A DNA stretch of 64,000 bases, from assembly GCA_052389555.1 (NCBI GenBank), contig JBQTHV010000015.1, positions 1,492 through 65,491 on the forward strand, written 5' to 3'. The stretch comes from Gemmatimonadales bacterium (GTDB taxonomy: Bacteria; Gemmatimonadota; Gemmatimonadetes; Gemmatimonadales; GWC2-71-9). A program made the position numbers and the translations under genes. A model generated the notes under the pieces. It saw nothing but the letters and a program-made list of their open reading frames with translations, was not told the DNA's origin and did no database searches. Positions 47,824 through 56,724 of the stretch are shown one piece after another. Position 1 is the first letter of the stretch. Each line of letters begins with the position of its first letter.

Positions 47824-48191
47824 ATGGCCACCCTGATTCGAACCTACCAAGATTTAATCGTCTGGCAAAAATCGATGGATCTTGCCCTGATAGTGCTCAG
47901 GTTGGCTGCACGCTTGAAGGGTGCGCGCTCTTATGTGCTTGCTGATCAGCTCGAGCGCTCGGCCATCTCCATCCCTTCAAATCTGGCGGAAGGTCATGGA
48001 CGAAGATCTCGTGCCGAGTTTCGGCGATATGTCGCCGTTGCGAATGCTTCCCTGCGGGAGTTGGAAACCCAGCTGAGCTCCTGAGGCGGTACTGCCCGCG
48101 GGTGGCCCAAAGAGTCAGTCGGATTCTCGTGGGCACTGATGAGATAGGACGGATGCTCAATACCCTGCATCACCGCCTGGGGACTTCATAA
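47824..48191 (+). pseudogene. four-helix-bundle protein gene (23S rRNA intervening-sequence protein family), frameshifted
   Basis: Frame 1 gives YQDLIVWQKSMDL...IPSNLAEGHGR...ASLRELETQL, then a stop. The family C-terminus (..ILVGTDEIGRMLNTLHHRL) continues in frame 3 to TAA at 48189-48191. Confidence 0.8.
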
Positions 48192-48202
48192 CGCCCTCGA
48201 AG

Positions 48203-48234
48203 TCCCTTCTCACTACCTCCTGCTTACTAACTCC
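48203..48234. repeat. right arm of the split GGAGGTAGTAAGCA hairpin
   Basis: tcccttctcactacctcctgcttactaactcc is the reverse complement of the left arm with 2 mismatches. Confidence 0.85.
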
Positions 48235-48240
48235 TAGTCG

Positions 48241-48489
48241 CTAGCCCCCACGCTTCCGCGAGATCCGACTCTTGAGACGCGCCGCCGTGTTAGGGTGGAT
48301 CAACCGTTTCCGAGCGGCGCGGTCGAGCAGGCTTCCGAGTCCGCGCAGGGCGGCCCCCTGCTCCCGGGCGCCGACCGAGGCGCGAGCCTTCTTCAGGGCG
48401 GTGCGCAGCGCGCTCCGCTGACTCTTGTTTCGCGCCGTACGCGCCCGGGTCTGGCGCATCGCCTTTTTCGCAGATTTCGTCCTCGGCAC
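48241..48489 (-). CDS. rpsT: 30S ribosomal protein S20
   Basis: MPRTKSAKKAMRQTRARTARNKSQRSALRT.. GTG start with SD gaaagg. Confidence 0.95.
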   Translation of the reverse strand: MPRTKSAKKAMRQTRARTARNKSQRSALRTALKKARASVGAREQGAALRGLGSLLDRAARKRLIHPNTAARLKSRISRKRGG

Positions 48490-48508
48490 TTGGCAGCCTT
48501 TCGGTTGG

Positions 48509-48598
48509 GAGCTAACAGCTATCAGCTATCAGCTATCAGTCGTCAGTCATCAGTTCTACTGCCAAGCTGATAGCTGATAGCTCATAGCTGATAGCTAC
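48509..48598. repeat. heptamer-periodic hairpin (AGCTATC / CTGATAG arms)
   Basis: gagctaacagctatcagctatcagctatcagtcgtcagtcatcag ... agctgatagctgatagctcatagctgatagctac. It lies 20 nt upstream of the rpsT start. Confidence 0.9.
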
Positions 48599-48715
48599 TA
48601 ACGGCGGCTAAGTTTAGTCACCGCAATACGTTGACGCAAGGGAACCGGCCCCCTTAAACTTGAGTCTCTCCCCACTCGGGATCCCGACCTGACCGACTTC
48701 ATTCTCGCCCTCCCG

Positions 48716-49378
48716 GTGCTGGTCTTTTCCCTGGTGGCCCATGAATACGCCCACGGGTATGCCGCCCTCCGACAAGGCGACGATACCGCCCTTCAGCAGG
48801 GACGCCTCAACCTTAACCCGCTGGTCCACATCGATCCCTGGCTTACCCTCATCATGCCCGCACTCCTGTGGTTCGCGAGCAAGGGAGCCTTCACGTTCGG
48901 TGGGGCGCGTCCGGTCCAGGTTCGTCCCGACAAGTATCGCCACTACGTGCGCGGTGACATCATTGTCTCGTCCGCCGGCGTCATCACGAACCTGGTCCTC
49001 AGCCTCATCGCCGCGGGGCTGTTTGTCCTCCTCGGCCTGGTCGCTCGCGGTGCACCCAGCCTCGACTCCGCGATCGGGAGCGCTCAGCGGATGCTGACCT
49101 GGGCGGTCTGGCTCAATCTGATGCTGGCGTCGTTCAACATTCTTCCGATTCCCCCGCTCGATGGCTCCCACATCTTCAACCACCTGCTTCCCCGGAGCTT
49201 GCAGCGCCGGTACCAGAGCTTCCAGCGGCTCGGTTTCCTCCCCTTGCTCGCCCTGATGCTCCTGGTGCCGGGCGCCATCCGCTGGCTGCTGAGCCCGGCC
49301 ATCCTCGGGATGCGGTTCTTTGTCCGGTGGGCCGCCCCCTACGCGGCGGGGCCTCACTGGAACATCTTTCCGTCATGA
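48716..49378 (+). CDS. site-2 protease family (M50) membrane metalloprotease
   Basis: HEYAHG (HExxH) in the first TM and NLLPIPPLDG further on. The in-frame upstream sequence looks coding, so the start is uncertain. Confidence 0.8.
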   Translation: MLVFSLVAHEYAHGYAALRQGDDTALQQGRLNLNPLVHIDPWLTLIMPALLWFASKGAFTFGGARPVQVRPDKYRHYVRGDIIVSSAGVITNLVLSLIAAGLFVLLGLVARGAPSLDSAIGSAQRMLTWAVWLNLMLASFNILPIPPLDGSHIFNHLLPRSLQRRYQSFQRLGFLPLLALMLLVPGAIRWLLSPAILGMRFFVRWAAPYAAGPHWNIFPS

Positions 49379-50196
49379 CCACGCCGGTCCCCGCCGCCTC
49401 GACGACCTCGACGACTCCGGCCGACGCCATGGTCCCGGGGCTCGGGCCGATCGTGCTCCCGGCCGGCCCGCCGATCGAAACCGGGCGGGGCGGTGAAGGG
49501 TTTGTCGTAGAGCTGGAGACATTCTCCGGCCCGCTGGACCTGCTGCTCCACCTGCTTCGCGAAGAGCAGATCGAGATCGCCGACATTCCCGTCGCCCGGA
49601 TTGCAGACCAGTTCCTTGCCGCGATTCACGACCTCGGACTCAACCAGGCGGCGGATTACCTCGAGATGGCGAGCCGGCTGGTTCGACTCAAAGCGCAGAT
49701 GCTTCTCCCCCGCGGCGAGGGTGAAACCTGGGAAGATCCCCGGGCCGAACTGGTTCGCCGGCTGCTCGAGTACCAGCAAATCCGGGAGATTGCCCACTGG
49801 ATGCAATGCGCGGCCGAACGGCGGGCGCTCCGATTGGCGCGCGGCTATCTCCCGCCACCACCGGAAATTCCGCCGCCGCCCCTCACGATCGACCTGGCGG
49901 ACCTGCTGGCCGCGGTGGAACGAGTCCTCGCCGGGATTCTGCACCCGGTGCTGCACCGGGTAGTGGCGCGCCCGCTCGACGTGGAAGGGGCGACCCGCGC
50001 GGCCCTTGCCTTGCTCGACGCGCGCGAGGAATTCCCATGGAGCGAGGCGTTGCCTCCGCGTCCTACGATCAGTGAGGTGCTCTCACTTCTCTTGGCCTTG
50101 CTGGAGCTAGCCCGGCGAGGCGCCTGTCGAATCCTTCAGCCCGCGGTCTTCGGACCGCTCGTGGTGCGCCGTGAATTCTCTCAGCCAGCTCATTGA
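49375..50196 (+). CDS. scpA: segregation and condensation protein A
   Basis: FSGPLDLLLHLLREEQIEIADIPVARI is the ScpA hallmark. Confidence 0.9.
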   Translation: MTTPVPAASTTSTTPADAMVPGLGPIVLPAGPPIETGRGGEGFVVELETFSGPLDLLLHLLREEQIEIADIPVARIADQFLAAIHDLGLNQAADYLEMASRLVRLKAQMLLPRGEGETWEDPRAELVRRLLEYQQIREIAHWMQCAAERRALRLARGYLPPPPEIPPPPLTIDLADLLAAVERVLAGILHPVLHRVVARPLDVEGATRAALALLDAREEFPWSEALPPRPTISEVLSLLLALLELARRGACRILQPAVFGPLVVRREFSQPAH

Positions 50197-50755
50197 GGCC
50201 GCGCTGTTCGCCGCTTCCCGGCCGGTGACCGCCGAGGAATTGGTCACCCTCGATCCCGACGCCACGCTCGACGACGTGCGCGCCGCCCTGGAGCAACTGC
50301 GGGAGCATTACGAGTTCGACGGCCACGGGGTCGAGCTCGGCGAGCTGGCGGGTGGGTATCAGATCCTAACCCGGGCCGCCTACGCCGCGGCGATCGAGCG
50401 GGCCCAGCTCAGCGCGCGGCAGCCCCGGCTGACCGCCGCCATGCTGGAGACGCTGGCGGTCATCGCCTATCGCCAGCCGGTCGGCCGGGCCGAGATCGAA
50501 GAGATCCGGGGGGTGTCGGCGAGCGGCGTGTTACGGGCCCTCCAGGAACGTGGGTTGATCGAGGTCACCGGCCGGAGCGAAGGCCTGGGGCGGCCGCTGC
50601 TCTACGGCACCACGCCGCTGTTCCTCGAGCTGCTCGGCATGCAGGACGTGCAGCAGCTGCCCCGCGCGGAGGAGCTCTCGATCGCGCTGGAGCCGCCCCG
50701 GCCGGCGGCGGTGGGACCGGATGACGCCGCCGCCTATGTCCCAGCGGATCAATGA
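50171..50755 (+). CDS. scpB: segregation and condensation protein B
   Basis: IEAALFAASRPVT.. and ETLAVIAYRQPV..EIEEIRGV winged-helix motifs. Confidence 0.9.
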   Translation: MNSLSQLIEAALFAASRPVTAEELVTLDPDATLDDVRAALEQLREHYEFDGHGVELGELAGGYQILTRAAYAAAIERAQLSARQPRLTAAMLETLAVIAYRQPVGRAEIEEIRGVSASGVLRALQERGLIEVTGRSEGLGRPLLYGTTPLFLELLGMQDVQQLPRAEELSIALEPPRPAAVGPDDAAAYVPADQ

Positions 50756-51488
50756 AGATGCGGCTCCAGCGCGCCCTGGCGAGAGCCGGGGTGGCTTCCC
50801 GGCGCGCGGCGGAGCGGCTGATTGAGGCCGGGGTGGTTCGCGTCGATGGCCAGGCGGCGACGGTGGGCATGAGCGTCGATCCCGACCGGCAGGCCGTCAC
50901 GGTCCGGGGGCGGCGGGTTAGGCTCAAGCCGCGCCGGTGGATCGCCTTGCACAAGCCGCTCGGCGTGGTGACCAGTGCCCAGGACGAGGAGGGCCGCCGG
51001 ACCATCTATGACATCGTGCCGCGGGGCGAAGGGCTCACCTATGTCGGCCGGCTCGACATCATGACGACCGGCCTCCTCTTGCTCACGACCGACGGCGAGG
51101 CGGCGCACCGGCTTACCCATCCGCGCTACCGGATCCCGCGGCGATACACGGCGCTCGTGCACGGGCTTCCGACCGAGGAGATTGCGAAAGCGGTCCATCG
51201 CCGGGTGGTGATCGATGCACGTCCGGTCGAGCCGCTGGCGGTGCGGGTGCGGCCCGGTGTGGCCGGCCGCAGCATCCTCGACGTCACCCTCGCCGAGGGG
51301 CGGAAGAATATCGTGCGACGGTGGGCGGCAGAGCTGGGACTCAAGGTGGACCGGCTCGCCCGGCTCTCGTACGGGCCGGTCCGGCTGGGCGAGCTGCCGC
51401 CCGGCCACTGGCGTCCCCTGACCCCGGGCGAAGAGCAGGCCCTCTACCGGGCGATTCGCCTAACCCGCATGCCGGAGCCGGGAACCGC

Positions 51489-51492
<4 letters not shown>
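50752..51492 (+). CDS. RsuA/RluB-family pseudouridine synthase
   Basis: S4 domain (RLQRALARAGVASRR) and catalytic GRLDIMTTGLLLLTTDG. Confidence 0.85.
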
Positions 51493-52523
<1,031 letters not shown>

Positions 52524-52527
52524 AGCA

Positions 52528-53424
52528 GTGACTGTCCCTCCCGAAATCCTCAAACAAGTCAAAGGCATTGCCCTCCGTACCCGCGGCGTGGTGGACTCCC
52601 TGTTTTCCGGCGAGTTCCGTTCCGTCTTTCGCGGCCAGGGCATGGAGTTCGCCGAGGTGCGGGCCTACGAAATGGGCGACGACTATCGCGCCATCGACTG
52701 GAATGTCTCGGCCCGGCTGGGCGCGCCTTACGTCAAGACCTACACCGAAGAGCGCGAGCTCACCCTGCTGCTCATCGTGGACCAGTCGGCCTCTACTCGA
52801 GTGGGGACCCCGATTACCAAAGCGGCGCGGTCGATCGAGGTCGCGGCGGTGCTGGCGCTCGCGGGAGCGCGCGAGCAGGACCGGGTCGGCGCGATTCTCT
52901 TCAGCGACCGGATCGAGCACGTGGTTCCCCCGGCCAAAGGACGCCGGCATGCGCTCCGGCTCATTCGCGATCTCCTGGCCTTCGCGAGCCAGCGTCGCGG
53001 CACCAACCTGGTGAAGGCGATCCACTACGCTTCCAACGTGCTGACCCATCGCAGCGTCGTCATCATCCTCTCCGACTTTCTCGCGGAGGGCTGGGAGCGG
53101 GCCCTGCGCGAGCTCGCGGTGCGACATCAGGTCATCGCGATCACCGTCGATGATCCGCGGGAAGAGGACCCACCCGCGGCGGGATGGGTGGAGATGGCCG
53201 ACGCCGAATCGGGCCGCCGGGTCCTGGTGAATACCGGAAGCGGGGCGGCCCGGCGGCGGTGGCGGGTCGCGGCGGAAGCGCGCCGCGCCCGGCGCGCCGA
53301 GCGGTTGCGGAGCGCCGGAGTCGAGCACATCAAGCTGGACCTCACGACTGATTACGGGCTGGTGCTGCGGCGCGCCTTCGCGAAGCGACTCCGGCGCCGC
53401 GCCGCCACCCGGCGCCGCCGATGA
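52528..53424 (+). CDS. DUF58-domain protein (vWA-like, MoxR partner)
   Basis: EFAEVRAYEMGDDYRAIDWNVSARL signature. Confidence 0.85.
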   Translation: MTVPPEILKQVKGIALRTRGVVDSLFSGEFRSVFRGQGMEFAEVRAYEMGDDYRAIDWNVSARLGAPYVKTYTEERELTLLLIVDQSASTRVGTPITKAARSIEVAAVLALAGAREQDRVGAILFSDRIEHVVPPAKGRRHALRLIRDLLAFASQRRGTNLVKAIHYASNVLTHRSVVIILSDFLAEGWERALRELAVRHQVIAITVDDPREEDPPAAGWVEMADAESGRRVLVNTGSGAARRRWRVAAEARRARRAERLRSAGVEHIKLDLTTDYGLVLRRAFAKRLRRRAATRRRR

Positions 53425-54167
53425 TCGCGCTGTTCGCGCTGCTGCTCCAGACTGCTCCGGCAGGGCCGTCGGTGGGCGACACGGTTTGGATCGAGCGCGC
53501 GCTCGGTCCGATGCCCCGGGTGGTCGTGCGGCCGCAGGCCTGGCCGCTCCAGCCGATCGGCAACCAGCTCGGTCCCGCCGAGGTGAGCTACCACGTATTG
53601 GGTGCCGTGGTCCGCTATCCGGTGGTGCTCTGGTATCCGGGCGATCGCGTGTTAACCATGCCAGGTCCCGTCGTGGTGCGGCCCGACGGGACCTCCGACA
53701 CTCTGCCGCCCTCGACCCATCGGGTGCGGCTGAGCAGCGTGCTGCCCTCAGGCGCCGTCAAGAGCCGGTTGCCCCCGCGTCCCCCCACGACGCCGGTCGC
53801 CCTCGGCGCGCGGAGCCCGGTTCCTCTGCTCGTGCTCCTGGTTGCCGTGCTTCTGGGTGCCTCGGGCGCGGCCCTGCTCTGGCGCCGGCGTGGAACGGTC
53901 CCGCCCACGCCTGAGATACCCCTCGGGCCGGAGCCTAACCCGGAGATGCTCCGGCGCTGGGTCGCGGCCGGCGAGTATCGCACCGCGCTGGCTGCGTGGG
54001 CCTACCGGATTGCCTACCGCCTGAGACAGAGCGACGATCTTGCGGAGATGGCCGAGCTTCAGCGGGTCGGGGATGCGATCGCCTCCCTGGAGTTCGCGCC
54101 GGCGCGGCCGGGTCACCTCGCGGCCCTGGCGGCGCGGGTTATGACGCTCGAGGGAGGGGCGCGGTGA
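53421..54167 (+). CDS. hypothetical membrane protein of the Bat-type operon
   Basis: 248 aa with a central TM helix (PLLVLLVAVLLGASGAALLW). Sits between the DUF58 and BatA genes. Confidence 0.55.
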   Translation: MIALFALLLQTAPAGPSVGDTVWIERALGPMPRVVVRPQAWPLQPIGNQLGPAEVSYHVLGAVVRYPVVLWYPGDRVLTMPGPVVVRPDGTSDTLPPSTHRVRLSSVLPSGAVKSRLPPRPPTTPVALGARSPVPLLVLLVAVLLGASGAALLWRRRGTVPPTPEIPLGPEPNPEMLRRWVAAGEYRTALAAWAYRIAYRLRQSDDLAEMAELQRVGDAIASLEFAPARPGHLAALAARVMTLEGGAR

Positions 54168-55129
54168 GCGTCGCGCGGCCGGTGATGCTGGTCCTGCTGC
54201 TGGTCCCGCTGTGGCTCCTCTGGCGGGCCCGGAAGCGATCGGCGGTGACGATCGGTGATAGCGGGCTGGCCGCCGCGGCGGCCCGCCGCGCGTGGCTGCC
54301 CTGGATTCCGCCCGGTTTGCGGGCGCTTGGCCTCGCGGCACTCGCCCTGGCCGCCGCGGGGCCCCGGCTCGAAAGCGGGGGCGCGATCCGCCAGGAAGGT
54401 ATCAATATCGTGATTACGGTCGACATCTCGAGCAGCATGCTGGCCGAGGACTTTGCGCCCTCCAATCGGCTGGAGGTAGCCAAGCGCCAGGCGATCGCGT
54501 TTGTGCGAGGACGGCCCAACGACCGGATCGGGCTGGTCTCCTTCGCCGGCGAGGCACTGACTTCCATTCCGGTGACCCTCGATCATGCGGTGCTGGTCGC
54601 GGCCATCGGCGGGTTACGTGCGGGGGCGCTCGAGGACGGGACCGCGATCGGGAGCGGGCTCGCCACCGCGGTGAACCGGCTGCGGCGCCTGCCCGGCAGC
54701 TCGAAAGTCGCGCTGCTGCTCACCGACGGAGTCAACAACCGCGGGGCGATCGATCCGGCCACCGCGGCGGATCTCGCCGCCACGTTCGGGGTTCGGGTCT
54801 ACCCGATCGGCATCGGGACCCGCGGGCAGGCCCGGATGCCCACCGGCCGCGGGCTCACCGGGTATCGCTACGAAACCCTGCCGGTCGAGATCGATGAAGA
54901 CCTGCTGCGGTCGGTCGCGGCCAAGACCGGGGGGGAATACTACCGGGCGACCGATGCGGGTTCGCTGGGGCGGATCTTCCAGCAGATCGACCAGCTCGAG
55001 CGGGTCAGGCTGGAGGGCCGGCGGCCGCCCCGGCTGGACGAGCAGCCGGCCCCCTTTCTCATTGCCGGGTTAGGCGCGCTCGCGCTGGCCCTGGCCCTGA
55101 GCGGAACCCTGGTGGTCCGCGCCCCATGA
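54164..55129 (+). CDS. BatA-like vWA-domain membrane protein
   Basis: N-terminal TM, MIDAS VDISSSM and a C-terminal TM. Confidence 0.85.
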   Translation: MSVARPVMLVLLLVPLWLLWRARKRSAVTIGDSGLAAAAARRAWLPWIPPGLRALGLAALALAAAGPRLESGGAIRQEGINIVITVDISSSMLAEDFAPSNRLEVAKRQAIAFVRGRPNDRIGLVSFAGEALTSIPVTLDHAVLVAAIGGLRAGALEDGTAIGSGLATAVNRLRRLPGSSKVALLLTDGVNNRGAIDPATAADLAATFGVRVYPIGIGTRGQARMPTGRGLTGYRYETLPVEIDEDLLRSVAAKTGGEYYRATDAGSLGRIFQQIDQLERVRLEGRRPPRLDEQPAPFLIAGLGALALALALSGTLVVRAP

Positions 55130-56724
55130 CCTTCGACTCGCCGCTCCTGCTGCTGCTCGCACCGCTCATGGGCGGCGTGTTAGGAGGGCTTGGCTGGCTC
55201 GCCCGGCGGGCCCGGCTCCGGGCCACCGCGATCTGGTCGCCTGCGAGCGCGGCCCCGGTACTCCGAACCGGGCGGGCCGGACCCTGGCTCCTGGGCGCCG
55301 CCGGCCTGCTCGGTGGGATTGGACTGGCCGGGCCGCGCTGGGGCCGAAGTGTGACCGAGCGAGAGGGCCGCGCCCTCAATCTCGCGATCGGAGTGGACAT
55401 CAGCCGCTCGATGCTGGCCGAGGACGTCGCGCCAAACCGGCTCCAGCGCGCGGTGGGCGAAGCGCAGCGGCTCGTGCAGGACGCGCGGGGTGATCGCCTC
55501 GCGCTGCTCGGGTTTTCCAGCCGGAGCTACATCCTGACGCCGCTCACGCTCGATGACGGCGCTGTGACCCTGCAGCTCGATGCCCTCGATCCCGAGATCG
55601 CGAGCGAAGGCGGCACCGACCTCGAAGCGGTCCTGGTGCAGGGCGGCGAGTTGCTCAACGCGGCCGCCGAGCGAGGCGCTCGGGTCCTGGTGCTCTTCAC
55701 CGATGGAGAAACCCACGGCTCGATCGACGCCGCGCAGGCTGCCGCCCGGGCGCTCCGCGACGCCGGCATCACCCTGGTCATGGTGGGAGAGGGGGACACC
55801 CTGCTGGCGCGGATTCCGATTCGCGACGAGCAAGGCAGACTCACCGGCTACCAGACCGATGAGGTCGACGAGATCGTGCACACCTGGCGGCGCGACGATG
55901 TGCTCCGGAGTCTGGCCGATGCGGCGGGCGGAGTCCTGATCTCCGCCACCGATGCCGATCAGGCCGGCGGCATTCGCCGGGTGCTGGAGGGACTGGAGCG
56001 CAGCGCGACGCGCGAGGAGCGGCGCGAGGAAATGCCCCCGCGCGGGTGGCTGTTCGGTTTCTTCGCCCTCGCCCTGGTCGCCCTGCAAGCGGCCTGGCGC
56101 CGCGGGCCGGCCATTGCGGGGGTGCTCCTCACTCTCGGGTCGCTCGGGACCGGGTCGGCTCAGCGCCCCTCGGCGGGAAGCCGGCTGCTCGAACGGCATG
56201 ACACGACCCGCGCGGCGGCCGCGTTCGCGGAAGAGGCCGCGCGCGGGCGGGTGAGTCCGGATACCGCATACTTCAATGCCGGCACCGCGGCGCTCGCCCG
56301 AGCCCGGTTTGCCGAGGCGCGGCGCTGGCTCGGGCTGGCGGCCCGTTCCCTCGATCCGGAGCTCCGATTCCGGGCGCTTTACAATCTCGGTCTGGTCGCG
56401 TTCCACGAAGCGCTGCGCAACCCGGAACGAAAGACCGAGCTGCACCAGGAAGCCGCGGCGCGATTCCGCGAGGCCCTGTTGCTCGAGCCGGAATCCTTCG
56501 ACGCCAAGTGGAACCTCGAGTTGGTGCAGACGCTTCCCCCGCCGGGCGGGGGCGGCGCTGCAGCGCAGTCGCGCGCACCGCCAGCCACCCGGCCCGCCGG
56601 GGCGGTAGCGCTGACCGATGCCGAGCAGATTCTCAATTCGGTCGAACGGTCGGAACGCGAAGTGCTTGCGGAACAAGCCCGCCGCCGCCGCGCGACCCAG
56701 GTCACTCCCCGTAAAGACTGGTGA
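55126..56724 (+). CDS. BatB/BatC-like fusion: vWA domain plus TPR region
   Basis: MIDAS VDISRSM, a central TM, then TPR-like repeats (AYFNAGTAALARARFAEA.., ALYNLGLVAF). Confidence 0.8.
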   Translation: MTFDSPLLLLLAPLMGGVLGGLGWLARRARLRATAIWSPASAAPVLRTGRAGPWLLGAAGLLGGIGLAGPRWGRSVTEREGRALNLAIGVDISRSMLAEDVAPNRLQRAVGEAQRLVQDARGDRLALLGFSSRSYILTPLTLDDGAVTLQLDALDPEIASEGGTDLEAVLVQGGELLNAAAERGARVLVLFTDGETHGSIDAAQAAARALRDAGITLVMVGEGDTLLARIPIRDEQGRLTGYQTDEVDEIVHTWRRDDVLRSLADAAGGVLISATDADQAGGIRRVLEGLERSATREERREEMPPRGWLFGFFALALVALQAAWRRGPAIAGVLLTLGSLGTGSAQRPSAGSRLLERHDTTRAAAAFAEEAARGRVSPDTAYFNAGTAALARARFAEARRWLGLAARSLDPELRFRALYNLGLVAFHEALRNPERKTELHQEAAARFREALLLEPESFDAKWNLELVQTLPPPGGGGAAAQSRAPPATRPAGAVALTDAEQILNSVERSEREVLAEQARRRRATQVTPRKDW

